The notes under the pieces: model-generated
Database searches by the model: none
What the model saw: only the letters and a program-made list of their open reading frames with translations
Told to the model about the DNA's origin: nothing
Part shown: piece by piece, positions 1-12,448 of the stretch
Position numbering within the stretch: the first letter of the stretch is position 1
Layout of the letters: each line of letters opens with the position of its first letter
Made by a program: the position numbers and the translations under genes
Assembly: GCA_028534125.1 (NCBI GenBank)
Contig: CM052818.1
Location: forward strand, 4,528,001 to 4,592,000
Reading direction: 5' to 3'
Origin: Lama glama
Lineage: Eukaryota
DNA length: 64,000 nt

Positions 1-1834
1 AATAAAAAACCCAAAGGGAAGAACAAAATACAGCTTGGAGCCTCCGGAGAGTCAAGGGAAAAGCGGGCAATAGATGTCATGCCGAACGCAAAAAACATAC
101 TAGTTTACCAGGAGGAATTAATTTTGGTTTTGTTTCAGATAATTGTCTTTATTTAAGAAAGCTGTCTTTATTAAAAAAAAAAAAAACAAAAACAAACAAA
201 TAACATAGTTGAGGGTCTCTTTTTTCTTTTTCTTTTCTTAGACCCTCACAACTTTAGTACCGACTGAGGTGAGTCACCTGCTGACGCTAGCAGCCTGGCC
301 CCAGCTGACAGCTGTATTTGTAACCCCTGGCTCTAAGGATGCTGTTCAGAGGTCATCACACCTGCCTCTTTCTGTTTTTCGTTTTTGTTTTTGTTTTTTA
401 GACTGTGGATTTCTTTTTTCTTTTTTTTTTTTTTTTGCCTCTTCTGTTGAAGCCTCAGGCAGGTAGAGAAGGGGACAACTCATTTTGTTGTCAGATGACA
501 CCCCCTTTCCCCGGCGATTAGTGTTTCTTTTTTTTCTGAGCCTCTGGCACTGTCATCACCCAGCCTCCAGCCAGCGCCCAGAACTCCAGGCCATCTCTGG
601 TTATGGGCCGGGGTACCACAGGAGAGTGTCTGGGGAGAGGATTCCAAAAAGGCCTCTCTCGTAGGTGGGGTCCTGTCAGTTTTTACTGGTTAAAAAAAAA
701 TAAATACAGGAGCATCCTTCCTGGCTTTGTGTTTTACTGGACAGAAGCAGAGAGTATCTAATATTAAGTCATCATCCTGTAGCTTATGGGACCAGGGAGT
801 AATTCTGGTTTGTTTGCTCTTCGACTGTGTCCTTGGCGGCTGCATGATTTAGTTCTGAAAAGGAGAACAAATCTCTCTCTTTCACCAGCCCTCCACGAAG
901 AGCAAGGCGGAAAGCTTAGTCAAGTGTGCAAATCTCTACTGTGAGCTTCTCTGCCACGTCTGGGGGAACCACTGGCCCTTGAAAGCTGTCACAGACAGAG
1001 AAGAAGCGAGGTTATAACATGATTGGACATGGAGTTTTCCAGGCCCCACTCAGAAATGTGGACAGTGCGGCTTTCAAGGCACCATTTCAGGAGATTAAGA
1101 TTTGAAATTGTGTTGCTTTATCTTAATGTTTTTCTTTCTCAGGCTTTTCTTAGGCCTCGCCGTGGAGTTCTGTTCCCCACCACCACCTCCCACCCAGTGT
1201 ACATACGAAGGTTTGCAACGCTTCATGCTTGAAGACTTGAGGCAAATGGAATAAATTCAATGTGCCCGACTTCCTAGTCCTTGGCTCCACGTGCATTTGC
1301 TTGCTGTGAAGAGACGAGCATGTGAGGAAAACATATTCCTGCTGGAGGAATGGCTCCTTCTCATACATAATCGCTCTTTTTGATTTGTCCTTTGTGTCTT
1401 ACCAGAGGAGATTATGAAAGAGGCTGGCTCCGTGGCTCCAAGGCCTCTCAGCCTCAGCTCTGTGGGATGGGCCTCATCTCCAGGCCTCCTTGCCTCCATC
1501 CCAGTTTCACTAGCAGCAACAGCTGGGCTGACACCACCTCCCCCGCACTCTTCTCAACTCCCTCACTTTCCCTGAGCTTCTTACAGGCCTGGAGCCCCTG
1601 GGCTTTTGGCTGCTGAAACAAAAGCTAAAAGAAACCTGCTTAGCTCCGCTCTCACTGTGCTGAAACACCTCCATGGCCAGGGCACAAATTCTTCCACTTC
1701 CTGTCCTGTGGCAGCTGGAGCCGCTGGCCTCAGATCCCTGGCTTAAGGGTCTTGGAGAAGTTGAGACCAAACTCTGGGTCCCAAAGGGACGAGCAGGTTC
1801 AACCCCAGCCCAGCTGCTTCTGTTTCCTGAGAAG

Positions 1835-2479
1835 TGTGAATGAAAAATGTTGCTTGTCACAGCAGCACGCAAAGGATGCTGCAGCCATCAAGCCAGCAGC
1901 CACTACCCCAGCCCCCTCCCCACTCCACCACGGTGAGCCCTGAGGGAACTCAGGTTGGACACAAACAGTCCAAGCCCTCAGCCCCTGCAGCCCCCCACAA
2001 CAGTGTACCCTGAGAGGACTCAGGATGGGAAAGAGCAGGAAGCTGGCCCCAGATGGCTAAGGTGCACATCCAAGGAGTGATTTCAATGAGCCCAGACTCT
2101 TGCATCTTTTCATACATAGAAAAGCGCTAAATTCCTCAACTTGAGATGTCTGGTTTTCTTAAATTAACAGTGATCTTTTGAGAGGAGGGTATAGCTCAGT
2201 GGTACAGTGAATGCTTAGCATGCGTGAGGTCCTAGGTTCAATTCCCAGCACCTCCATTAAATAAATAAATAAACACAATTACCTCCCCCACAAAAACAAA
2301 AAAACAACAACCCAGTTTTTGATTTCCAACTCCTGTACATCCTGGCCCTTCCCTCACCTCTTCAGAGCAGTCCCTCAGAGTGACTCAGAGGCGGCCTCCC
2401 AGGCGTAAGTCCTCAGCAAGTCTGCCAAATAAAACAGAAGTCTCAACTTTTAGATTCTGCATTTTTTTTTCAGTCAACA
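1835..2479 (+). mobile_element. Solo ERV1-type LTR (cetartiodactyl family), interrupted by a SINE
   Basis: TG...CA termini (tgtgaatg...cagtcaaca), AATAAA near 2428, and similarity to a ruminant/cetartiodactyl LTR recalled from memory (gagcccagactcttgcatctt...catacatagaaaagcgctaaattc). No clean TSD seen. Confidence 0.75.
2182..2310 (+). mobile_element. vic-1-like tRNA-derived SINE inserted in the LTR
   Basis: gagggtatagctcagtggt (A box), ggttcaattccc (B box), A-rich tail with aattacctcccc extension; approximate TSD cagt..ttttga on both sides. Confidence 0.85.
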
Positions 2480-3160
2480 GGTTGAACTCCTGAATAAAGA
2501 ATTAAAAATCTTACTGGGAATAAATATTGAGCTTACCTACTGATAGCAATGATGTAACGCGTTGCTGGGGCCATCAGTCAGATCTTAGCAGTCTCACTGG
2601 CCTGTGTGTTAGCAGAAGAAAAGATGCTGCTCTGGTGTGATGCTGAGGGCTTTGACCCTCCTGGCCCCAGCCTTTCTTTCCAAGTTCATCTTTTCCTCCC
2701 TTTGCACAATTCCTTGTCTTTGCCTTTCCGAAGTCTCTTCCCCGTTCCCTGCACCCACACAGCCAAGCCGAGGGCGTTCTCACTGCCTGGGAGGCGTCCT
2801 CCTCTCTCCACTCTCTGGAACCGTCTTACTATCCATTCTTCATGGTCCCCATCAAGTTCTGTCTAGCCCCATTGTTCTAGCTCCCCAAACAAGATGAATC
2901 CTATCCTTCTCTGAACTCTAATTTGTATGCTACTAGAGCATATGTTGTGTTATAATTATTTCTTCATTAGTGTCACTCTGCTAAGTCATGTATGCTTTCA
3001 AGGGGGAGACCAAAGTTAAACCGAGTTGCTTTGTCGTCCATTAAATGAAATGAAAAGTCTGAGATATGCCTGTACCATCTCAGGATCTGGTAGGAGTTTA
3101 TAAAAGGTGGGAGGGAATGAAAGTGGAGAATCTCTGTCTCCGTTACCCATGTTGCATGCT

Positions 3161-3200
3161 CACACACACACACACACACATATATATACGCATACACGCG
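3161..3200. repeat. (CA)n/(TA)n microsatellite
   Basis: cacacacacacacacacaca followed by tatatata. Confidence 0.9.
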
Positions 3201-3214
3201 CATAGATACATAGA

Positions 3215-3402
3215 GCTATTTACTGTATACCATGTACTGCACTAGGCAATTTTACATGGATATTTCAATTTAACCCTCACAAGGACTCGTTTTAGAGGCA
3301 AGGAAAGAGAAATGATTAAGAATGTAAGTGATTTGCCCAAGGTCATGTAGCTAGTAATGAGAGCATAAATTCACATTCGGGAAAGTCTGACTGCAGAGCC
3401 CC
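3215..3402 (-). mobile_element. MIR SINE fragment
   Basis: Core aagtgatttgcccaaggtcatgtagctagt and tctgactgcagagccc. Confidence 0.75.
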
Positions 3403-3449
3403 AGACTTCATTTGTTATTATTAGTGACCTCCCTTTATCACATCAGAAA

Positions 3450-3942
3450 CAGACAGCTGTCATTTCTTGGCTGCCTGCCTCCTACCTGAGAAGCTGAAAA
3501 GCCCAGCCTTTGTCCCAGCCTCCCTTGCAGCTAGACTGTAGGCAGGTGACCTGTGCTTGACTAAACAGATGCATCTGCTAGTGATGTTGAATTGGGAGCT
3601 GGTGACATAAAGAGGCAGAGACAGTGGAGAAGCTAGAGGTGCCAAGGAAGCAGTCGCAGGGGTAGCACCACCCGAAGCCCAGTGTCTCTGGACAGCCTGC
3701 AGCATCCATTCTTCAGTGGGGGGTCAGCGGTGGCAGTTTCCTCAGTAGGTGGGTTGGGTGATGTGTTTTAGCTGGGTCCACCTGTGGCGAGCATCCCTTG
3801 TTTGGGCTCCTTGTCCAGCCTGGTCCCAAGCCCACTGGGAACTTCTTAAACTATTTAACAACTCATTGGCAAATACTTTTTTTCTGCTTAATCAACTGGA
3901 ATTAGTTTCTGTTGCTTGCAGACTACAACCTTGACTGGTATA
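3450..3942 (+). mobile_element. ERVL-type LTR (LTR33-like), degraded
   Basis: 3' end tttctgcttaatcaactggaattagtttctgttgcttgcagactacaaccttgactg resembles ERVL LTR termini; 5' boundary uncertain. Confidence 0.5.
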
Positions 3943-4889
3943 ATATAGAAACTCATTATCTTCAATACAGGTTGGTTTTCACATACATCATTCCCACTTG
4001 GAAGGAAAAACACATATGTACCCAGAATTGTATGAATGTTCAACAGAGTGGAGGGTGAAGGTGGAAGACTGTGGATCATTGGCAACAATTCTTAGCTCAT
4101 CCGTCTGATTACCTGTTCATGACTCACATTGTTGTCTGCATGGCTGACTACAGAACTTTTCAGTGTGTTGTTACAAAACTGGTATCCAGAAGTGGATTTT
4201 TACCTTCCAAATATAATTTGACTTCCAAGTCTAATGCTGGGCTTTAAAATTTTTATAATGAATTTGGCCTTTGAATAATAAGAAAGAAAAAGATTTTACT
4301 AAACATCTTTTCTGCTATTATAAAGAAAATGGCTTCCCCAAATTGTAGTACTTACAAAACTAAGATCACAGAGGAGGTTGAATTGCTGAATTGTTTAATG
4401 TAATTTGACTCATTAGAGGCTTAGCTTCTGAGATGGAAGACGATAGGATAGCTTGCAAAAAGGTTCCTGATAAATTCCAAGATGAAATTCACTTTGAAGA
4501 GAGTGAAATGTGGTTGGTGGGTAACTAATCTCTCTGGTCTAATGCAATGAGGGAGTGGAATTTGCAGTTTGGCAAAGGGGTTATAATTACAAGGCATCTC
4601 TGAACTTCTGGAAGAAGCTACTGCTTCAGATGGCCAAGTGGTCGACAGGGATGTCAAATGTGAGACAGGAATAAACCTTAGAGAGGCCAGGGGTTTGACC
4701 TTGGTAAGTCTAGACACGCTAACGTGATTATCATCACTCTAATCAGGTTATAAAGTAAACACACTATACAAAGCAAAGAGTCTCTTGGGGTTGTTATTTA
4801 GAGGATGATGAAAAGCTGCTTTCTGTCTCTACTGAGAACACAATGGGAAGAAATGGGGTGGTTTGCAGCATGAAGGACTTTGGTAAGAT

Positions 4890-5076
4890 CCGTGGCTCTC
4901 AACCCAGGGTGATCTGACAACGACCTGGCAATGAGGGGGTTGAGAGGGTGCTACTGTTTTCTAGTGGGTGGAAGCCTGGGATGCTGCTAAACATCCTACC
5001 ATGCACAGGACAAACCCCCACAACGGAGAATTATCTGGGCCCAAGATGCCAATAGTGCCAAGGCTGAGAAAGCCTG
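4890..5076 (+). mobile_element. MER20 hAT-Charlie MITE
   Basis: ctagtgggtggaagcctgggatgctgctaaacatcctac...gctgagaaagcctg; 8-bp TSD ggtaagat/ggttagat. Confidence 0.85.
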
Positions 5077-5139
5077 GGTTAGATGTGAGAAGGAAATGTC
5101 TGAATCCGAAGTTATATAAATATTGGAATGGGTTTACAC

Positions 5140-5575
5140 ATCCAGGGTGCATAATTTAAGTGTCAAAAACCTCAGTAATCAAGATAAATTATACTGAAAA
5201 AAAATTAGTGCAAAAAATCCATGATGAACAGTGTATCTAAATTATTTTTAATTAATTAATTTATTTTAATTGAAGTATTGTTGAGCGACAATGTTGTGTT
5301 AGTTTCAGGTGTACAGCAAAGTGATTCAGTTATACACAAACATACATACTCTTTTTCAGATTCTTTTCCACTACAGGTTATGACAAGATAGTAAATATAG
5401 TTCCCTGTGCTATATAGGAAGTTCTTATTTATTCAAACTTTTAAATAAAGACAGGACCCAACAAGAGACAGGATTTGGGTTGAGGAATTTAATATATTAT
5501 TTATTTTAATTACTGAGATTTGGGGCACCTCCCTTAAATTTTGTGCCTCAGTCCCCTCACCCTAGTCCTGGCCTG
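5140..5575. mobile_element. MER96B-like hAT element split by an antisense L1 3' fragment (~5250-5425)
   Basis: ctcagtaatcaagataaat...aaaaaatccatgatgaaca and terminal cctcaccctagtcctggcc. The insert ttgaagtattgttg...ttccctgtgctata is an L1 3' UTR. Confidence 0.6.
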
Positions 5576-8485
5576 TTGGATTATCAAGGGTATGGAATCA
5601 TTTCAGCTAAAAGGTTATTTGATGTGATTATTACTAAGCTGGGGGTAGTTAAGCCTGGTGGAGGTGAGAGAGGTCTTTTCCAGCTCCAGAATTTTAGATT
5701 TTGGTGACGACATTAGACAGGGAAGCAACGCTGGTGTTAAGCTGCATGGACTTCTGTGACACAGATTTTTAACGTCTCCGATTTATAGCCTGACCTCAAT
5801 TAACCAAGATCATCCTCATCACAAAATGCAATGTGTGAACGGCATCCCAAAGAAATATGTGGCATTAACTGTGGTCGTTAGCAACCCTCTTCTGTTGCAA
5901 ATTTCCCTACCAGAAAAATAACCATTGTGTGATTTTTTTTTTTCCTTTTTACTATTCCTCCTTCTCACGCTCTCCTCTCCCCAGTTCCACTTCGTTGCAT
6001 AAACCAACTTACTATTCTTTTCTGGGATCCATTGATATTGACATTATTCTACATTACTTGCCCCTTTGTTCCCTAAAACACCTTAGACGGAATTTTGTGT
6101 GTGTGGTGGGGGTGGAGGGGGAGGGTTTAAAACATTTTCCCTTCTAACAGGCTTGGGGAAAATAGTCTGTCTATATCTAATGACTAAGTTTATGTATGTA
6201 GGTTTGAGAGTACTTACAACCTAATGCTGACGCCCTCAGAAAGGCAAGATGAAAGTTTCCAAGCTAATTTACTATCCTGGGCAGGGCAAGATAGACAGTT
6301 ATAAAAAATTACAGTAATATTCCTAATTAGGAGAAATGTGGTCTTGGATCCGTACTAGAACAAACACTCTAACCATTATAGATTGCCTTCCATTAATTTC
6401 CCCGGTTTCCGTCTATGTGCGGCTCGCCTGTGAGAGTACCTGCATTCAGCAAATGTACTCGTGCATAAAGTAACTGGATATGGGACCCACCGCCTCCCCA
6501 CATCCTGTCCCTTAATCTAACTGACGTATGTACAATTCCTTTTGATCTATGCTAACCATCCTTATCTCAATGCAGATCTCAACTTCCTATCTGTTACTTT
6601 AAAAAATGCTTTAATCAGAGGGTAGTGACAAGTTGGGTTGAATTATAGGGTTTGGGTTTAGGGAAATTTTTTTCATTCTGTTAGAAACAAAGCAACATCA
6701 AACTTCATTCCAACCCCTTAGTCATTGCTATTTTGATGAGCCATTTTGTGTTCATTGCTCAAAAAAAAAAAAACGGACAAAAAGAAAAGAAAGAACTAAG
6801 GAACTAAATGGTAGATGGATTGATGAAGAAGAATTTTAATTGAATTTGAACTGAAAGCTGCTCATAGCCAAATGTTTTTTTCTCTTTTTCCCTTGTTCTT
6901 TTTCTTTTCCTTTCCTTTTTTTCCTCTCGGTCTAGGGTGAATGGAAGTTCATGTTTAAGCAAAGGATGTACTGAATTGTCTAGGACTTGAGACTGAGCTG
7001 CCTGAATGTGTACTTTGCTGCAGAAAATCCACCAGGAGAGGGCAGCAGAGAGCACGGAGTGGAGGCTGCTGTCGGCGGGCAGAAGTCCTGCTGCCCCTTT
7101 GGGACCGTGCATTTTGACCCAGGAAGGGTCACAGGATCTAAATTACATATATGTACCTAGGTTCTCCAATTCACAAAATGGTGAAGAAAATGCTTAAAGG
7201 TTCCTTTGTAATAAACAGTTTACATGAACATTAGATTTCCTATTGTGGGCTTCCTACTGTCTTGTGGCAGAAAAGAAATTATGTCCCCAGAAAATTTTAG
7301 TTAGATCTTCAGAAAGAAGAGCAAATGGGACAAGTGGGATGCTGTTCTCTCTTCTGTATCCCTGCTCTCTAAGCAGATGTTTGTTACTCCACCTATTTGA
7401 TACAATGTTAACAAACATAAACTAAACAAATGAAGGAATAAGTGAATGAATCAGGTCATTGCAAATGGTAAGGATTCTTTTATAAAACTCTGGGCTTGGT
7501 CATGCACAAAGTATGAGTCAGGAGGTTAAAATGTGTTTTTTACCGTGGTTTCGAGCTAATCACTGCTGAGATGAGAGTGGCATACAACACTTTAAACAGA
7601 ATGCTATGACTACTACACAGGCTGTTACTCCATTACTGGAGACGTGTAAGTTCAAGGTTCAAAGATTTTCCTTTTTATCACGCTGCTTCTTGTGTTGCAA
7701 CAGAACTTCAGCTATGCAAAGACAACTCCCTCCATTGTACTACTGTGTCTGCTTTTGGGCATGTTTGAAATTCTTCCTAATAAAAAATGTTTTAAAAACC
7801 TCCCATCCACTGCACCAATTTATTGCTCCTAGTAAATAAATCAGGGAGTGTCTCTTATGTCTAATGCTTTGAGGCAAACCCTTTACACAGCATCTGGGCC
7901 ATCTCAGTGCTCCCAAGGGTGCTATGTCTGAAGTTGCATCTTCTGTTCATGTCTGTTTCTAATTACGTCTGGAGGATCCGTTACCATAGGAAACCAGCAC
8001 CTTCTCCATATACTTCACAGAATGCTTCCATTGACAGCGGCTGACAAAAAAAAACAAAAAACAAAAAAAACCCCAAAAAACCCATCTGTAGTAAACGAAC
8101 ATTTAGAGGTTGCCTCTTATTAATACTCATGTTCTTCTCCTTTATAGGTATCAGTAGAAACTCAAGGGAGACTGGACCTCCCCTTCGCAGGACCCTGTCC
8201 ACAAGGCGTGCTCCATGCCTCATCACCCTCCACAGCAGACCCAGGTTGCTTGGTACTGTCAGCCTCACCGTACAAGCGAGAACTGAGGCAGCTGAAGTTC
8301 TGACCCCATCAACTCTGGTGAGAAGCACCAATGGCAGACCAAAATACGGTTAAGAACTTTGCAAGGAAATGAAGAGCTGTGTGCCTACAGATGGTGATGG
8401 GATGACAGGCACCGCCTGCTCTGAGAAGATGCTCGTGACGCTGGAGTCCTCAGGTCGGTCTGCCAGGAGGTAGAAGTTACCTTCC

Positions 8486-8600
8486 TTTTTGGGAGTGGGG
8501 AGGTAATTAGGTTTATTCATTTAGATAGAGGTACTGGGGATTGAACTCAGGACCTCATGCATGCTAAGCATGCGCTCTACCACTGAGCTATACCCTCCTC
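8486..8600 (-). mobile_element. vic-1-like SINE
   Basis: Reverse complement of the tRNA head (ccactgagctataccctcc); TSD agaagttaccttc/agaagctcccttc. Confidence 0.9.
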
Positions 8601-8726
8601 CAGAGAAGCTCCCTTCGTTACTCTGGGTTTCATACAAATGCCATCTCCTTTGGTGGGGCCTCAGAGTGCTGCAGAAGAGGATCTTTATCTTCAGAAATGA
8701 TGCTTCAGCAAGTGCTAGATTTGTGA

Positions 8727-8835
8727 GGATGACCAATTTGCCCCAGTTTGCCTGGGACTGTCTCATTTTCAGAGTCAAAGCCCCGCATCCGGAGAGCCCC
8801 GTCGGTCTCCAGCAAATTGAGATGGTGGGGTTCCA
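8727..8835. mobile_element. MER81-like hAT-Blackjack MITE
   Basis: ggatgaccaatttgccccagtttgcctgggactgtc...cagcaaattgagatggtgg, a degenerate inverted structure. Confidence 0.55.
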
Positions 8836-9964
8836 ACAGGGCTCTGTAAAAGTTCGTTGGTTGGATTCTGACAGATCACATTGATATGAGTCTCATGAAA
8901 TACACCAAGTCATTGCATAGACATCGGATACGTAAAGGAAATAAAGTTGCATATTGTCAACAGCTCCTCTCCCACGGAAGAGACCGAGATTCCGGGAGTT
9001 GGCTTCGGGAGTGGTAAAATGCAGCTGCCGCAGCTCATGCTGGCAAATCAACATAATATCTGGGCCCCTCTAAATACAAGAAAATGCTGTTTCTTTCCAT
9101 AGCTCAGCTCTGCTCCAATAACCTCACTATTCCTATTTGAACACAAGTAAGTCAGATAAACACATAGAACTTAATTTTGTGTTACACACGTTATTAGATA
9201 AAAGCAGAAAGCGATCATTTCATAAGATGGGGTGGGGCAGGGGGAGCCATCTCCACCTGACATTATAGTAGCATTAGCTTGGAAAAATGATCTGGGACCA
9301 AGAAGAGAATACTCTGGGTTTAGTTCAAAACCACTGAGTCCAGCCGTTAATAATGGATTGCTTTATGCAGTCTATTCTTCCTGTTGCCCTTGGTATGAAG
9401 TCCTCAGCATCTCTACAAAGCGCGAAAAAGTATTTGGAACTATTTGGGACAGTGGAGTCATTGAATAAAGCAAAAATGAGAAAGGGTAGAAAAAGAAAAA
9501 CGCGCCAGGATTGGAAAGTTAAAAAACAGGGACAGAAAATGTGGGGAAATAAAACAAATTTCAGTTTAGTATTGTTAATACATCTTTTTAAAAAAAAACT
9601 ACTTCAAGCCTGAGTTATTGTAGCCCAGGATTATTTAGTCCAGACAACACTCAATAGTAAATACAGGCTGATTTTTATAGTAACTCATTCAGCATCGGTG
9701 TCTGTGTCATTTTCTTCATGACTGCTTCTACTACGCTATTTTGAGTCCCCAAATAACAGTTTAAGCTTCAAGCCTTTCAATTGGCTTTAAATAATTTTTC
9801 AGACAGGCAAAAAGGTTTGTCTTGCTGAAAACATCTCCCCCTTTAGTTTTAAGAGTTATCTGTATCAGGGAGAGACATTATCTACATCCTGAAACCAAAA
9901 AGAACTCATGTCTGTTAAAATATGATGAGCATATTCTGTCACAGCTCACTTAAATACCCTGTGT

Positions 9965-10162
9965 TTTGTGAGTCTCAAAGTGGGGTCTGGAATGAGCAGT
10001 ATCAGTGTCACCTGGGCACCTGCCAGGAATGAAAATTCACAGCTCCCCACCCCAGACCTGCTGAATCATAAACTCTGGGGGGAAGGGGAGAGGGAACAGC
10101 CATCTGTATTGCAGCGAATGCTCCCAGTAATTCTGATGCACGCACAAGTTCTAGAATCACTG
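9965..10162. mobile_element. MER5A hAT-Charlie MITE
   Basis: ctcaaagtgggg...ccccaccccagacctgctgaatca...ttctgatgcacgcacaagttctagaatcactg. Confidence 0.75.
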
Positions 10163-10495
10163 TGTTCGTGTATCCACAGTGGTAGTTTTATTGCCTAGCC
10201 ACATCATTTTATCACATGGATACGCTTTACCAACCAGGCCAGCTATATGCTAAAAAGTTCACCCAGTCTTCAAAGATTGATCACACCTTGCCTGAAGCTG
10301 GCTCTGGTGCCACTGGAGATCTGCAACCTGCAGAATAGTTCTAGCACGTGGGTCCTACTTGCAATCACTATTAAATTCTTAACTTACTAAGGATTCTTTT
10401 TTTTTTAATTTCAAAATTTATTGAGATATAACTGACATTTAAAGTGTACAACATCCTATTTGGGCCACCAGTGTAGCCTACAAGGCAATAGTTAC

Positions 10496-10910
10496 TGTAT
10501 TAATTTCCTAGGGGTATGCCACAAACTGGGTGGCTTAAACTGGGTGGTGAGAACTTTGCCTCATAGTTTTGAAGGCCAGAAGTCCAAGATCAAGACATTG
10601 GAAGTGTCGGTTCCTCCTGAGGACTGTGAGGGAGAGTCTATTCCCTGTCTCCCTCCTCCTGTATGGTGGTTTGCTGGTCATCTTTGGTCTTCCTGATTCC
10701 CACCTTCTCCCTGCATGTGTCTCTGTCTCTGTGTCCCAATTTTCCCCATTTTACAAGGACACCAATCATACTGAGTTAGGGCCCACCCTAAGGATCTCCT
10801 CTTAGCTTGGTCATCTACAAAGATCCTATTATCAAATAAGGTTACATTTGTAGGTACTGGGGGTTAGGATGGCAGCATCTTCTGAGGGTGACGTACCTCA
10901 ACCTGTAACA
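10496..10910 (-). mobile_element. MLT1 (MaLR) solo LTR
   Basis: tgtattaatttccta...ggccagaagtccaagatcaag...ttagggcccacccta...aaataaggttacatt...taaca. Confidence 0.8.
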
Positions 10911-11454
10911 GCTGTTTACAAATCAACGTAGAGGTGTAGGATTTGGCCTCATGGCTGTGGTCATCTCAGTGCGTTCCTGTCTTCCTTAAGCTGTAAGTAT
11001 TTGGACTCTGGCCTGTCTTTTCTGCCTATTATGTTATCCTGGTCTAGGTCAGGTTCTACAGTATAAGCACAACTGAACTGATTTGGTTTGAGGCAAACAT
11101 TTAGACAGAGGAAAGACAAACATGTACTTGCGATTCAGCTGAACTATTCATCCATTGATTCACATTAAGGATTTAAAGTAAAGACCACCTATTTAGAATG
11201 ATGATTTTATCTAAAATACTGTGTCTGCAGCTGCAGTTACATTTACAAAGTCTATTTTTGAGACTTCTGAAGCTCTAATAGCCATATTTGCTACCAATGT
11301 CTCAGTTTTTAGTAAAAATTATTTTTATTAATACAATTTTACTTTCCTTTTCAGAGTGGAAATCTTCTAAAGGCTGACTTTCCCCCAATCCACTTATTTT
11401 TAAATGGAATATTTTATTTATTCTAAAATTTTCTAATGAAAGAGATAAGATTTC

Positions 11455-11596
11455 TTTTTCTTTTTTTTTTTTTTTTGTAGGGGTAGAGGGAAGGTAATAA
11501 AGTTTTTAATTAGTTTTTAATGGAGGTACTGGGAATTGAACCCAGGACCTTGTGTATGCTAAGCACACACTCTACCATTGAGCTATACCCTCCCTC
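11455..11596 (-). mobile_element. vic-1-like SINE
   Basis: Poly-T tail, then atggaggtactgggaattgaacccagg...gagctataccctccc. Confidence 0.9.
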
Positions 11597-12448
11597 GAGA
11601 TATTTTTAATGGATTAAACTATATCTGCCTTTTTGCTTTGTATTTCTTAATTTAAAATGATATCACATTTTCACAGAATATTTGGAAAATAGAATAAAAA
11701 TTTAGCCAAATGCCATTACCTTATATAACTATATGTAATTTTTCTGAAATACTATACACGTTACATTGCGATGCACCAACTGAAGGCAACATTGTTTTTC
11801 CCTTTCATGAAATAGGTGTGCTTCTTTCTGCCAACAACTTTGTTAGGATAACACTCCCACTATATTTTTGTTCCTTGTGAGGAACATGATGCCGGATTTC
11901 TTTCTTTATATTAACCAGTTTACACGTTTCTTAGCCTTTCCTTTATATAATAGGTAAAAAGATGAATCTACTCATCCATTAGCGGATCAACGACCAGATA
12001 GGGTTATAGTGATGTACCAAGCTCTGGAAAAGAAATTAGAGAGGGAGAAAAGAGGGCACTGTCCTTAAGAACTGACATGTAGTTGGGGAGTTTACAAAAA
12101 GTGTCAGATTTGAATGCAGATCAAACTCCCTACTGTGTTTATCAGCACATTACACTCCTATGCCGCCTCCTCTGAGCTGCAATTAGATGACTGCAGCTAA
12201 AGACCAGAGACACTGATGAAAGTGAGAGACAAAAGGAAACAACAGAGGCGTCAGACTGGGGAGGGTCCCCCCAGCCCCTGTGTGTTGGCTGCCAAGGGAG
12301 AGATTCAGCGAGACTTGATCTCTCTGAGATTTTTGCTCTTAAGGCTGACAGGCGCTTGGGGAAATGTCATGAAAATAATACAGTGAGATGCTATTTATTA
12401 TGTAATATGAAAGGAACAAATTGATATAAGACATCAAAGCAGAGATTT

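Noticed and set aside
8521..8600. tRNA-Ala-like sequences as real tRNA genes
   Set aside because: They have A-rich tails, TSDs and diverged stems, so they are SINE copies.
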